Shown here in pieces: positions 9,453-19,736 of a DNA stretch of 64,000 nucleotides. The DNA lies in contig OZ006994.1 in the NCBI GenBank assembly GCA_963931305.1, positions 218,955-282,954 on the forward strand, in the 5' to 3' direction. The notes beneath the pieces were generated by a model that did no database searches, was not told the DNA's origin, and was given only the letters and a program-made list of their open reading frames with translations. Position 1 is the stretch's first letter; every line of letters begins with the position of its first letter. A program made the position numbers and the translations under genes. The DNA comes from an uncultured Bacilli bacterium (GTDB lineage: Bacteria > Bacillota_I > Bacilli_A > RF39 > UBA660).

Positions 9453-10406
9453 ATGGGAAAGATGAAGTATATTGTATCATTTTGTGCTGTAGGATTATGT
9501 GCATTACTTCCAATGGTTCATGCAGATGCGAAAGAAGTAAAAGTAAGTGATGGAACAGCTTTACAAAATGCCATTGCAACTGCAGAAAATGGAGATATTA
9601 TTACATTAGAGAATGATATCACATTAGATGGTAAAGTAGAACTTACAAGTGGTATAGAAGTTACAATTGATGGTGCAACCCATACAATTACTGGTAATCG
9701 TGCGGCTACAGGTAGTGTAACAGATAACATTACTTTAATTACTGCATCATTAAATGGTTCTAAAATCAATTTAAAAAATGTTACTTTAAAAGATAGTCCA
9801 AAATATGGTGTACAAGCTTATAATGGTGGATATGTTAGTCTTCAAAATGTAACAATTGAAAATTGTAAATATGGAGCTGTATTAGTAAATGGTGGAACAG
9901 TAGAAGTTATTTCATTAAACTTAGGTTACAATGGTGAAAATTCAAATAATGGAATTGAACTTTCTAAATCACAAAATATTGTAAGTTCACCAAATCAACC
10001 AACAGTAGTAATGAATGGAACTTTAACTTCTACAGAAACTGAAAATGTAATTCGTTTCGCAGAAGATGAAAATGATGCTACAACAGAAGTTGTTATTGAA
10101 AATGCTGAAACTACTACAGATAAAGTATTTGTAAGTGATAGCAAACTTGTTGTAACAGATAATGCTGGAGAAGTAAAATACGAAAGTAATGAAGCTGCTG
10201 ACATTACTGTAGATGGTGATGAATATGTTGAACCATCAGAACCAACTACACCTACAACTCCAGAAGAAACACCATCAACAGGTGATACAACTGAAGAAGT
10301 AACAAACCCAGAAACTTCTGATTCTGTATTATTAATTGTTGCTGGATTAATTATTTCTGCAGCTGCAGGAACATTTGCTATGAAACAATTAAAAAATCAT
10401 GCTTAA
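9453..10406 (+). CDS. cell-wall-anchored surface protein with right-handed parallel beta-helix repeats; predicted sortase B substrate
   Basis: Signal peptide; NxT/NGG beta-helix repeats; Pro/Thr-rich stalk; C-terminal NPETS (also PSTGD) followed by hydrophobic segment and KQLKNHA positive tail (cell-wall sorting signal). Confidence 0.7.
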   Translation: MGKMKYIVSFCAVGLCALLPMVHADAKEVKVSDGTALQNAIATAENGDIITLENDITLDGKVELTSGIEVTIDGATHTITGNRAATGSVTDNITLITASLNGSKINLKNVTLKDSPKYGVQAYNGGYVSLQNVTIENCKYGAVLVNGGTVEVISLNLGYNGENSNNGIELSKSQNIVSSPNQPTVVMNGTLTSTETENVIRFAEDENDATTEVVIENAETTTDKVFVSDSKLVVTDNAGEVKYESNEAADITVDGDEYVEPSEPTTPTTPEETPSTGDTTEEVTNPETSDSVLLIVAGLIISAAAGTFAMKQLKNHA

Positions 10407-10409
10407 TTG

Positions 10410-10437
10410 AAAGACAAGGTTGAAACCTTGTCTTTTT
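10410..10437 (+). terminator. rho-independent terminator
   Basis: AAAGACAAGGTT-GAAACC-TTGTCTTT hairpin followed by a T-run; a TGCTATAAT -10 element follows. Confidence 0.5.
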
Positions 10438-10468
10438 GTTTGCTATAATATACGTCGGAGGAAGAACT

Positions 10469-11650
10469 ATGGAGAAATTAATATTAATTAAATATGGAGA
10501 ACTAACAACCAAAAAAGGAAATCGAAATTTGTTTATTAAGATTTTGACGAAAAATATAGAAGAAATGTTACAAAATTACGATGTTAATATTATAAAAAAT
10601 AGAGTACGTATGTTTATTGAAGTAAAAGATCAAAAATTTGATGAAGTTGTAAATCAATTACAGAAAGTATTTGGACTACATAGTATAGTCATTTGTGAAA
10701 AAGTAAATACTAAAGATATAGAAGAATTAAAAAAGATTGCTTTTAAAATGTTAGAACAAGAAACATTTGATACATTTAAAGTAGTAACAGATCGTGCTGA
10801 TAAAACTTATCCAATTAAGAGTATGGAAGTCAGTAGACAAGTTGGTGGTTATTTATTAAAGTATTTACAAAATAAAAAAGTAGATATTCACCATCCACAA
10901 CTTACACTACATATTGAAATTAGAACAGATGGTACTTATTTTTATACCAAAGAAGTAGAAGGAATTGGTGGATATCCAGTTGGTATTCAAGGAAAAGGAA
11001 TGCTTATGTTAAGTGGTGGAATTGATAGTCCAGTAGCTGGATATCTTGCTTTAAAACGTGGTGTTCAAATCGAATGTATTTATTTTGATTCACCACCTCA
11101 TACAAGTATAGAGGCAAAAAATAAAGTTCTAACATTAGCTTCTATTCTAAATGAATACTCAGGTCATATTAAAGTACATGTTATTCCATTTACAAAATTA
11201 CAGGAAGCAATCTTTAAAAATTGTGATCCTACTTATATGATAACCATTATGCGTCGTATGATGTATCGTATTACAGAAAGACTTGCTAAAAAAAGAAATT
11301 GTAAAATTATCATCAATGGGGAAAGTATTGGACAAGTAGCAAGTCAAACACTTACTAGTATGAGTGTGATAAACGAGGTAACAAATATGCCTGTGATTCG
11401 TCCTGTTGCATGTATGGATAAATTAGAAATCATACGTATGAGTGAGAAAATTGGTACGTATGAAACAAGTATCTTACCATTTGAAGATTGTTGTACGATT
11501 TTTGTACCAAAACATCCTGTCATTCATCCTGATTTAAAAAAAGCAAAAGAAATGGAAACTACGTTTGATTATGAGTCATTGATTCAAGAGTGCATTCAAA
11601 ATGTAGAAACAATTTCTAATTTTGAAGAAGAAACAAGTGATTTATTATAA
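10469..11650 (+). CDS. thiI: tRNA 4-thiouridine(8) synthase ThiI
   Basis: THUMP-like N-terminal domain, PP-loop SGGIDSPVA, C-terminal adenylation domain; start at ATG 10469 after GGAGGAAG RBS (ORF track start 10436 is an upstream extension). Confidence 0.9.
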   Translation: MEKLILIKYGELTTKKGNRNLFIKILTKNIEEMLQNYDVNIIKNRVRMFIEVKDQKFDEVVNQLQKVFGLHSIVICEKVNTKDIEELKKIAFKMLEQETFDTFKVVTDRADKTYPIKSMEVSRQVGGYLLKYLQNKKVDIHHPQLTLHIEIRTDGTYFYTKEVEGIGGYPVGIQGKGMLMLSGGIDSPVAGYLALKRGVQIECIYFDSPPHTSIEAKNKVLTLASILNEYSGHIKVHVIPFTKLQEAIFKNCDPTYMITIMRRMMYRITERLAKKRNCKIIINGESIGQVASQTLTSMSVINEVTNMPVIRPVACMDKLEIIRMSEKIGTYETSILPFEDCCTIFVPKHPVIHPDLKKAKEMETTFDYESLIQECIQNVETISNFEEETSDLL

Positions 11651-11729
11651 GCCAAAAATTACCATAACATTTTTTGTATGAAACCTTCAAATGTACACAT
11701 TCTATTAGTGTACAGGAGGTGAAACTGAT

Positions 11730-11942
11730 ATGAAAAACAGTACAACAAATAAATTAGTTGTTCCTGGAGCTAAACAAGCAATTGAACAAATGAAATACGA
11801 AATTGCTAACGAATTAGGTGTTAATTTAGGTCCAGATGCTACTTCACGTGCTAATGGTTCAGTTGGTGGAGAAATCACTAAGAGATTAGTACAAATGGGT
11901 GAACAACACCTAGGAAGTACATCTACTTACCAAGGAAAATAG
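11730..11942 (+). CDS. alpha/beta-type small acid-soluble spore protein
   Basis: 70 aa, [24 protein letters not shown]...GGEITKRLV signature; AGGAGGTG RBS; upstream GTATG-17nt-CATTCTA resembles a sigma-G forespore promoter. Confidence 0.9.
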   Translation: MKNSTTNKLVVPGAKQAIEQMKYEIANELGVNLGPDATSRANGSVGGEITKRLVQMGEQHLGSTSTYQGK

Positions 11943-11950
11943 TTTTTAAA

Positions 11951-11978
11951 AGCGCACCATAGGTGCGTTTTTTTAAGA
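11951..11978 (+). terminator. rho-independent terminator after the SASP gene
   Basis: AGCGCACC-ATA-GGTGCGTT hairpin followed by a T-run. Confidence 0.55.
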
Positions 11979-12086
11979 GGTGAGAAAGATGAAAGAAAAA
12001 ATAGAAAGAGAATATCGTATGGGAGTTCCTTACTTTAAAAAGGTAGAAGAACAAATAGAACAAAAAAAGAAGAGCTAGTCTCTTCT

Positions 12087-12383
12087 TTATTCTGTTAAAT
12101 CACTTGGATTTGGATCTGCACTACATTTAACAAATTTTAAATATGGTTCTCTTGTACATAGATAATAAGTACAAGTATTTTCTGGACAATCAGGAGCAGG
12201 TTCTAATTTATATCTACCTCCACCTAAGTCTTTTACCTTAGAAAGTAATGCTTCTTTTGGATGAGAAAACAATAGTTCTCTTCTTACAGCACCACCTGGA
12301 AACCATATTGCATAAACAAATAAAATAACGACAATTGTTACAAATACAATTGGAACTTTAGAAGATACTTTTCTTGGCATCAT
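12087..12383 (-). CDS. small membrane-anchored hypothetical protein with Cys-rich C-terminus
   Basis: 98-aa ORF, one TM helix, CPENTCTYYLCT motif; no recognisable family. Confidence 0.35.
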   Translation of the reverse strand: MMPRKVSSKVPIVFVTIVVILFVYAIWFPGGAVRRELLFSHPKEALLSKVKDLGGGRYKLEPAPDCPENTCTYYLCTREPYLKFVKCSADPNPSDLTE

Positions 12384-12427
12384 ATATGATCACTCCTATA
12401 TTATTACTATATCATAGAAATAAAAAA

Positions 12428-12994
12428 TTACAAAATCTTATCTACAATCCCATATTCAAGTGCTTCTTTTGCACTTAAAAAATGATCTCTTTCCGTATCT
12501 TGTTCTACTTTTTCTAACTTTTGACCCGTATTTTTAGATAAAATTTTATTTAGTTTATCTTTCAACTTTAAAATTCTTTCAGCAACAATTTTAATCTCGG
12601 TTGCCTGTCCTTCAGCTCCTCCTAATGGTTGGTGAATCATTACTTCACTATTTGGTAGACAACATCTTTTTTCTTTCGCTCCACTAGAAAGTAAGAAAGC
12701 TCCCATACTAGCAGCCATACCAATACAAATTGTCGACACATCACTTTTAATAAAGTTCATAGTATCATAGATGGCCATACCTGCTGTAATACTTCCCCCA
12801 GGAGAATTAATGTATAAACTAATATCATTGTGATTTAAACTATCTAGATAGAGTAATTCTCCAACTACGATATTAGCACTCGCATCTGTAATTTCTCCAC
12901 TTAAAATAATAATACGATCTTTTAATAATCTAGAATAAATATCATAAGCTCTTTCCCCATTACTACTTTTTTCTATCACTGTTGGTATTAACAA
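12428..12994 (-). CDS. clpP: ATP-dependent Clp protease proteolytic subunit
   Basis: Catalytic Ser in [11 protein letters not shown], catalytic His in MIHQPLGG, 188 aa. Confidence 0.95.
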   Translation of the reverse strand: MLIPTVIEKSSNGERAYDIYSRLLKDRIIILSGEITDASANIVVGELLYLDSLNHNDISLYINSPGGSITAGMAIYDTMNFIKSDVSTICIGMAASMGAFLLSSGAKEKRCCLPNSEVMIHQPLGGAEGQATEIKIVAERILKLKDKLNKILSKNTGQKLEKVEQDTERDHFLSAKEALEYGIVDKIL

Positions 12995-13112
12995 AATATC
13001 ACCCTTTCATTTATATATAGTCCAAAATAAATGAACTTATACAAAGAAGAGTGTGACAAAATGAATGTTTTTTGATAAAATGATAATGTATAGAGAATAA
13101 GAGGGAAAGATT

Positions 13113-14789
13113 ATGAGAATGATAAAAGTAAACTATAGGAATATTGAAACCAAAGAATTTTTAGAAGATTCATCGCTTTTAGAGATTAGTGATAGTTTTA
13201 AGAAGTACTATAATTATCCAATTTTAGTTGCAAAAGTAGACAATGATATTACACCACTGGCTGAAAAAGTAACTAAAAAATGTGATATTGACTTTTATGA
13301 TCGTTCTTCTGATGTTGGTAATGAAATATATGGACGTAGTTTACAATTTGTACTTATTTTAGCAGTTAAAAGACTCTTTGGAAGAGATGCTGATATTGTA
13401 GTAGAACACTCGATTGATAAAGGTGTATATTGTGAATTACATGGAGCATCTTTAGACAAACCACTTGTGAAAAAACTTACGTCTGAAATGAAAAAAATTG
13501 TCGATGAGAATTTAATCTTTACGAAAGTAAGTGTTTCTCGTATTGATGCAATTAAATATTTTAAAGCAAAAAAGAAAATGGATAAAGTTCATGTTTTAAA
13601 ATATATTAGTAATACTTATATTAATTTGTATCGATTAGATGATTTATATGATTATTTCTATGGTGATCTAGTTTATAGCACAAAAGTGTTAGATGATTTT
13701 AAATTAACGTATATTAAAGGAAATGGATTTGTATTGAGTTATCCTGATATTTATAATCCAGAATGTACGCTAGATTATAGACATTATCCCAAATTATTTG
13801 ATTCTTTCTTAGATTATACGAATTGGGGTAGAATATTAGGAATCAATAATGCAGCAGATTTAAATGAACAAGTATCAACAGGGCGTTATGGAGATTTAAT
13901 TCGTGTGGCCGAAGCATATTATGATGGTCAGTTATCGAATATTGCTGAAGAAATCTATAACAAAAAAAATAATATTCGTTTAATCTTATTAGCTGGACCT
14001 TCTTCTAGTGGAAAAACAACTACGAGTAAAAAATTACAGATCTATTTACAAAGTAAAGGAATTAAAACACATCAAATATCCATTGATGATTATTACATTG
14101 ATCGTGATAAAACACCACGTGATCAAGAAGGAAATCCTGACTTTGAAAGTATTCGTGCCATTGATTTAGAATTATTTAACAAGCATTTAATGAAATTATT
14201 AGATGGTGATAAAGTATTATTACCAGAATTTAATTTTATTACAGGAAAAAGAGAATTTAAAAAGAAGTGGTTGCAACTGAAAGAAGATGATATGATCGTA
14301 ATAGAAGGATTACATGCTTTAAATGATAAATTAACAATGAGTATCGAAAGAAAACGTAAATATCGTATTTATATGAGTCCTTTGACACAATTAAATATTG
14401 ATAACCATAATCGTATTCATACAAGTGATACAAGAAAATTAAGAAGAATTATTCGCGATAATAAATATCGTGGTTATTCCGCATCTGATACACTTACAAT
14501 GTGGCCTAAAATTCGTGCAGGAGAAGAAAAAAATATCTTTCCATATCAAGAAGATGTTGATAAGATTATTAATTCTGCTCTATTATATGAATTAGGAGTA
14601 TTAAAAACATATGCAGAACCATTGTTGTTTAGTGTCAAAGAAAATGATCCTGTATACCCAGAAGCATTACGTTTAATTAATTTCTTAAGGAATTTCTTAC
14701 CAATTCCATCAGAAGAAGTACCAATAGATAGTGTACTTCGTGAATTTATTGGTAATAGTTGTTTTGGAGAAAATAAGTTTCTATCGTGA
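13113..14789 (+). CDS. uridine kinase/phosphoribulokinase-family nucleoside kinase with a long N-terminal (ThrRS/TGS-like) extension
   Basis: P-loop LLAGPSSSGKTTTSKKL then Udk-like region (ISIDDYY...VIEGLHAL); ~250-aa N-terminal domain of uncertain type. Confidence 0.55.
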   Translation: MRMIKVNYRNIETKEFLEDSSLLEISDSFKKYYNYPILVAKVDNDITPLAEKVTKKCDIDFYDRSSDVGNEIYGRSLQFVLILAVKRLFGRDADIVVEHSIDKGVYCELHGASLDKPLVKKLTSEMKKIVDENLIFTKVSVSRIDAIKYFKAKKKMDKVHVLKYISNTYINLYRLDDLYDYFYGDLVYSTKVLDDFKLTYIKGNGFVLSYPDIYNPECTLDYRHYPKLFDSFLDYTNWGRILGINNAADLNEQVSTGRYGDLIRVAEAYYDGQLSNIAEEIYNKKNNIRLILLAGPSSSGKTTTSKKLQIYLQSKGIKTHQISIDDYYIDRDKTPRDQEGNPDFESIRAIDLELFNKHLMKLLDGDKVLLPEFNFITGKREFKKKWLQLKEDDMIVIEGLHALNDKLTMSIERKRKYRIYMSPLTQLNIDNHNRIHTSDTRKLRRIIRDNKYRGYSASDTLTMWPKIRAGEEKNIFPYQEDVDKIINSALLYELGVLKTYAEPLLFSVKENDPVYPEALRLINFLRNFLPIPSEEVPIDSVLREFIGNSCFGENKFLS

Positions 14790-15118
14790 TTAAAGTAGCA
14801 ATCAATGGATTTGGCGAGATAGGAAAAGATATTTTTGAACAATTACAAGGTGCCGAGGGATATCAATTAAGAGCGATTAATTTTATCGGTGATAAAGAAA
14901 ATTTCTATCGCTTTTGTAAATTACATTATCCTGATATTTATGTATTTTATGAACCAGATATTTCTAACTTACCATGGGATACATTAGAAATAAACTGCGT
15001 TGTAGATACAACAAATCAACAAGAAAATATCAGAAAACATATCAAAGCAGGTTGTAGTCATGTAGTTATGGTAGAACCTACTCATAAAATAAAATGTTAT
15101 AGAAGGAGAAGAAAATAA
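14786..15118 (+). pseudogene. truncated, diverged duplicate of the GAPDH N-terminal NAD-binding domain
   Basis: MIKVAINGFGEIGK...NLPWDTLEIN...HIKAGCSHVVM parallels the start of the adjacent gap (MIKVAINGFGRIGR...NLPWRELEID...HIEAGAKKVII); first ~30 nt near-identical at DNA level; ends after 110 codons. Confidence 0.5.
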
Positions 15119-15119
15119 T

Positions 15120-16127
15120 ATGATTAAAGTAGCAATTAATGGATTTGGAAGAATAGGAAGATTAGTATTTCGCCTTATGGAAGATGATGCAAATTTCGAG
15201 GTAGTAGCAATCAATGATATAACAGAACCAGAACAACTCGCATATCTTTTAAAATATGATACATCTCATAAAAATTATCGTGTTGACGAAATTACATATG
15301 GAGAAGATTATATCCAAGTGGGGGATCATAAAATAAAAATTTGTAAAGAATTAGATCCTGCTAATTTACCATGGAGAGAATTAGAAATCGATGAAGTATT
15401 TGAATGTACTGGTAAATTTGTAAAATATGAAGATGCTCATAAGCATATTGAAGCCGGAGCTAAAAAAGTAATTATCTCTGCTCCAGGTAAAGGAGATATG
15501 AAGACAATTGTATACAATGTTAATAGTGATACATTAGATGGTAGTGAAGAAATTATCAGTGCAGCAAGTTGTACAACAAATTGTCTAGCACCTGTTGCCA
15601 AAGTATTAGATGAAACATTTGGAATTGAAAAAGGATTTATGACAACAGTTCATGCTTATACCAATGATCAAACCATTTTAGATGTAGCTCATAAAAAAGG
15701 AATCAAAGCACGTCGTGGTAGAGCAGGAGCTGCAAATATCATTCCTGCTAGTACAGGAGCTGCAGTCGCTGTTGGAAAAGTACTTCCAAATCTACTTGGT
15801 AAATTAGACGGAATGGCATTCCGTGTACCAGTAACAGATGGATCGGTAGTAGATCTTACTGTAGAATTAAAAAGAAATGTAACAGTAGAAGAAGTAAATA
15901 ATGCATTAAAAAGTGCAAGCAATGAAACATTAGGCTTCACAATGGATCCAATTGTATCTAGTGATATTATTGGTTCTCATTATGGAAGCTTGGTAGATGG
16001 ACTTTGTACTACTTTAATTGAAGTAGATGGAAAACAAATGGTAAAAGTAGTTGCTTGGTATGATAATGAAATGAGTTATTCTACACAAATGGTTAGAACA
16101 GCTAAATTATTAGGAACAATGCTATAA
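15120..16127 (+). CDS. gap: glyceraldehyde-3-phosphate dehydrogenase
   Basis: NGFGRIGR NAD motif, active-site ASCTTNCLAP, 335 aa. Confidence 0.95.
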   Translation: MIKVAINGFGRIGRLVFRLMEDDANFEVVAINDITEPEQLAYLLKYDTSHKNYRVDEITYGEDYIQVGDHKIKICKELDPANLPWRELEIDEVFECTGKFVKYEDAHKHIEAGAKKVIISAPGKGDMKTIVYNVNSDTLDGSEEIISAASCTTNCLAPVAKVLDETFGIEKGFMTTVHAYTNDQTILDVAHKKGIKARRGRAGAANIIPASTGAAVAVGKVLPNLLGKLDGMAFRVPVTDGSVVDLTVELKRNVTVEEVNNALKSASNETLGFTMDPIVSSDIIGSHYGSLVDGLCTTLIEVDGKQMVKVVAWYDNEMSYSTQMVRTAKLLGTML

Positions 16128-16282
16128 GCATTGTTTTTATTTGACAATTTTTTCTTTCTTTGATATATTAAACACAGTTTGAAGAGAAAGGAGTGAGAAC
16201 ATGATTCAAAGATTATATGAAAAACAATTCAGTGGTAATGAATGTGAGGCAATTTGTTCTCACTACTTTTCGTAGTCTAATT

Positions 16283-16320
16283 TTATTGAGAAGTCATTAC
16301 CATTGGTAATGACTTTTTTT
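16283..16320 (+). terminator. rho-independent terminator downstream of gap and of a 24-codon ORF
   Basis: AAGTCATTACC-ATT-GGTAATGACTT perfect hairpin followed by a 7-T run. Confidence 0.55.
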
Positions 16321-16344
16321 GATGAAAAGAAAGGGGGATTACCT

Positions 16345-18087
16345 GTGGAAACAAAGAAACAAACCTTAAAAGATTTTCGTATTATATATCACTATTTAAA
16401 AAATAAGAAAATACAATGTGTGATATATGTATTGTTCGTAATTTTAGAAACAGGACGTGATTTTATTGGACCATTTCTGTGGGGATTTGCACTAGAAAGT
16501 TTATTAAACCAAAATTTTCAATCATTTATTTTAGTTGTTGCTTGTTATCAAATGATGCATATTTTCTTTAGTACTGTAGTTTATAATATAAGGCAAAAAA
16601 CATATAAAACATTGGAAATTGAATTTATGAGAAATATTACACAAGATTTATATGAAAAGATTGATCAATTACCAGCTAAAGCATTTGAAGAAATTGGTGT
16701 TGGTGAATTTATTAACCGTCTTTATCATGACCCAGAACAAGTACTTAGTTTATTAGATAAATTAATTTATTTAATTGTACGTAGTTTTGTTGCTATATTT
16801 GCAGTTGGATTAGCTTTTTATATTTCTATTGTTTTAGGAATAGAAGTTATTATTTTTGCGACGATTATGGGATTATTATCTTATAGAGTATTTCCTAAAA
16901 TTAAAAAATTACAAAAAGAAATCAAAGAGGATTCAGATCAATATTTGAAAACAACTACAGAAAATATAACAGGTATTCGTGAAATTAAATCATTAGGAAT
17001 GAAACAAAATATTGAATATAAATTATTCCAATCAATCAATGCAATGTATACCAAAATGAAAAAGATTTCGAATCATGAAATCAATTACTATTCTAGCAAT
17101 AATGGATTATATTACTTTTTACAATTAGTTATTTTTATTACTTGTGGTTATTATGTTGTACAAGGGAAAATATCTTATGCTTTATTTATTACAATGGAAT
17201 CATATTTATGGAGGATAGATTATGTTGTAGAAAGCCTCAGTGATTTTGGAGTTAATTTTAATAAAGTTACAGTTTCAATTAACCGGATGGCGGATATTTT
17301 GTATAATCGATTATATCAAGATGAACATTTCGGAACTGTTGAATTAGAGAATGGAAAAGGGGAAATCGAATTTAAAAATGTCAAATTCCGTTATGACGAA
17401 AAAGAGGAAGATATCTTAAAAGGGATTAATATGACCTTATTGCCACATCGTAAAATTGCAATTGTAGGCAAAAGTGGAAATGGTAAAACAACGCTTTTTA
17501 ATTTATTACTTCGCTATTTTGATGCAACAACCGGAGAAATTAAAATAGATGGTATACCAATTGAAGATTTAACAGAAAAGTCATTACGTCATAATATTTC
17601 AGTGATTCGTCAAACGCCATTTTTATTTAATATGAGCTTTATAGATAATTTTAAATTAGTAAAACCTGATGCAACATTAGAAGCAGTAAGAAAGGTATGC
17701 AAAAAAGCCTATATTGATGATTATATTATGAGCTTACCACAACAATATGACACTGTAATAGGAGAGGGTGGTGTTAATTTAAGTGGAGGACAGAAACAAC
17801 GTATTGCGATTGCCAGGACTTTACTGTTAAATACAAAAATTATTTTATTTGATGAAGCGACAAGTGCTTTGGATAATGAATCACAAGAGTACATAAAAAA
17901 AACAATAGATGATCTTGTAAAGGATCATACGGTCATTATTGTTGCTCATCGTCTTTCTACTATTGTAGATGCAGATGAAATTCATATAATCGATAAAGGA
18001 AATGAAGTTGCTTGTGGTACTCACAAAGAACTTTTGAAGACAAGTGATGTATATCAAAAGTTATATCGAACAGAATCTTCAAACTAA
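16345..18087 (+). CDS. ABC exporter, fused permease and ATP-binding domains (MsbA/exporter type)
   Basis: Six TM helices then Walker A GKSGNGKTT, signature LSGGQKQRIAIAR, Walker B ILFDEATSALD; start at GTG 16345 after AAGGGGG RBS (ORF track start 16303 lies inside the terminator hairpin). Confidence 0.85.
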   Translation: METKKQTLKDFRIIYHYLKNKKIQCVIYVLFVILETGRDFIGPFLWGFALESLLNQNFQSFILVVACYQMMHIFFSTVVYNIRQKTYKTLEIEFMRNITQDLYEKIDQLPAKAFEEIGVGEFINRLYHDPEQVLSLLDKLIYLIVRSFVAIFAVGLAFYISIVLGIEVIIFATIMGLLSYRVFPKIKKLQKEIKEDSDQYLKTTTENITGIREIKSLGMKQNIEYKLFQSINAMYTKMKKISNHEINYYSSNNGLYYFLQLVIFITCGYYVVQGKISYALFITMESYLWRIDYVVESLSDFGVNFNKVTVSINRMADILYNRLYQDEHFGTVELENGKGEIEFKNVKFRYDEKEEDILKGINMTLLPHRKIAIVGKSGNGKTTLFNLLLRYFDATTGEIKIDGIPIEDLTEKSLRHNISVIRQTPFLFNMSFIDNFKLVKPDATLEAVRKVCKKAYIDDYIMSLPQQYDTVIGEGGVNLSGGQKQRIAIARTLLLNTKIILFDEATSALDNESQEYIKKTIDDLVKDHTVIIVAHRLSTIVDADEIHIIDKGNEVACGTHKELLKTSDVYQKLYRTESSN

Positions 18088-18112
18088 GGAAAGCTTTCTT
18101 TCCTTTTTTTTC
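18088..18112 (+). terminator. rho-independent terminator
   Basis: GGAAAGCTTTCTTTCC hairpin followed by a T-run. Confidence 0.45.
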
Positions 18113-18210
18113 TTACAATTTCGTCATATGAAGCAATTTTCTTTGTAAAAAGATAGAAACATGGTAAAATAGTAATGTATGAATATGGAAATATGTGAGG
18201 GTTGTAGAGA

Positions 18211-18546
18211 ATGAAAAGGAATCGAATATTAGTTATATTGATGATATTGATTGTTGTAATTGTTTTTTTATTAACATGTTTTATAACTACTATGTTAAAA
18301 AAAGAACATAAAAAGCAGACATTAAAACAAATTTATCAAGCAACTGAACAATATATTTTACCACATCGCTCTGATTATTTTGCTGGACAAGAAGAATTTA
18401 TATCTATTCATTTATTACAACAAGAAGGATATCTTGATTCTGACTTAATTAACCCTAATACAAGTAAACCATTTTCTAAAAGAGATTATGTAAAAATAAG
18501 TGTAAATGCTGATTATACGATGAATTTTGAACTTATAGGAGAGTGA
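18211..18546 (+). CDS. small membrane-anchored hypothetical protein
   Basis: 111 aa, N-terminal TM helix, TGA stop 4 nt before the pgk start (likely co-transcribed). Confidence 0.4.
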   Translation: MKRNRILVILMILIVVIVFLLTCFITTMLKKEHKKQTLKQIYQATEQYILPHRSDYFAGQEEFISIHLLQQEGYLDSDLINPNTSKPFSKRDYVKISVNADYTMNFELIGE

Positions 18547-18550
18547 ATTC

Positions 18551-19729
18551 ATGAAAAAGACAATAAGAGATTATGATTTATCTGAAAAGAGAGTATTAAT
18601 TCGTTGTGATTTTAATGTACCAATGAAAGATGGTGTAATTACAGATGATTATCGCATTCAATCTAGTTTAAAAACAATTCAGTATGCGATTGGACATCAT
18701 GCCAAAGTGATATTACTTTCTCATTTAGGAAGAGTAAAAGAAGAAAGTGATAAAGAAAAAAATGATTTAAGACCTGTAGCACGACGTCTTAGTGAATTGT
18801 TAGGTAAAGATGTAACATTTGTACCTGTGACAAGAGGAAAACAGTTAGAACAAGCTGTTACTAATATGCAGGCAGGAGATGTTATTTTAATTCAAAATAC
18901 AAGATATGAAGATTTAGATGGTAAAAAAGAAAGTAAAAATGACCCTGAATTAGGACGTTATTGGGCTTCTTTAGGTGATATTTATATCAATGATGCATTT
19001 GGTACATGTCATCGTGAACATGCCTCTAATGTTGGAATTGCTACTCATTTACCAAGTGGAATTGGTTTCTTAGTAGAAAAAGAAATAGAAAATATCGAAC
19101 AAGTAGTTGCAAATCCAGAAAGACCATTTACTGTCATTTTAGGTGGTGCGAAAGTCAGTGATAAAATAAAAGTCATTGAAAACTTAGTGACGAAAGCAGA
19201 TCATATTTTAATAGGTGGAGGAATGGCTTATACATTTTTAAAAGCACAAGGTTTTGAAATTGGGAAGTCATTATTAGATCAAGAATCTATTTCATTTTGT
19301 AAGCTGATGTTATCTAAATATCCAGATAAAATCGTATTACCAAAAGATCATTATGTATCAGAATCAACAGATGGAAAAGGTACGTTAAAAACTATTACAG
19401 AAACTGATAACAATGATATGGGATTAGATATTGGTAATCAGACCATGACTCTTTTTACAGATATAATAAAACAAAGTCATACAGTGATTTGGAATGGACC
19501 AGTTGGTTTATTTGAAAATCTAGAATTTCAAAAAGGAACAATTGCTCTTTGTGAAGCAATGAAAGAAGTATCAGGAAAAACAATTGTCGGTGGTGGAGAT
19601 ACGGCAAGTGCAGTAAAAAAACTAGGCTATGAAGAAGTATTTACTCATATTTCAACTGGAGGAGGAGCTTCCCTAGAATTATTAGAAGGTAAAACTTTAC
19701 CAGGTATCGCATGTATTTCTGATAAATAG
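18551..19729 (+). CDS. pgk: phosphoglycerate kinase
   Basis: 392 aa, canonical PGK sequence (Rx[17 protein letters not shown]). Confidence 0.95.
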   Translation: MKKTIRDYDLSEKRVLIRCDFNVPMKDGVITDDYRIQSSLKTIQYAIGHHAKVILLSHLGRVKEESDKEKNDLRPVARRLSELLGKDVTFVPVTRGKQLEQAVTNMQAGDVILIQNTRYEDLDGKKESKNDPELGRYWASLGDIYINDAFGTCHREHASNVGIATHLPSGIGFLVEKEIENIEQVVANPERPFTVILGGAKVSDKIKVIENLVTKADHILIGGGMAYTFLKAQGFEIGKSLLDQESISFCKLMLSKYPDKIVLPKDHYVSESTDGKGTLKTITETDNNDMGLDIGNQTMTLFTDIIKQSHTVIWNGPVGLFENLEFQKGTIALCEAMKEVSGKTIVGGGDTASAVKKLGYEEVFTHISTGGGASLELLEGKTLPGIACISDK

Positions 19730-19736
19730 AAAGTAG

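Noticed and set aside
11989-12078. 29-codon ORF (MKEKIEREYRMGVPYFKKVEEQIEQKKKS) with an AGAGGTGAG RBS after the SASP terminator
   Set aside because: Plausible small protein but no recognisable family and it is very short; not listed as a feature.
12995-13112. Looked for a CtsR operator (GGTCAAA direct repeat) upstream of clpP
   Set aside because: Only a GTGACAAAA-like sequence is present, and no tandem heptad repeat could be identified by eye.
16303-16344. ORF-track start of the ABC exporter at 16303 (MVMTFFDEKK...)
   Set aside because: These codons lie inside the terminator hairpin 16283-16320; a GTG at 16345 with an AAGGGGG RBS is a far better start.
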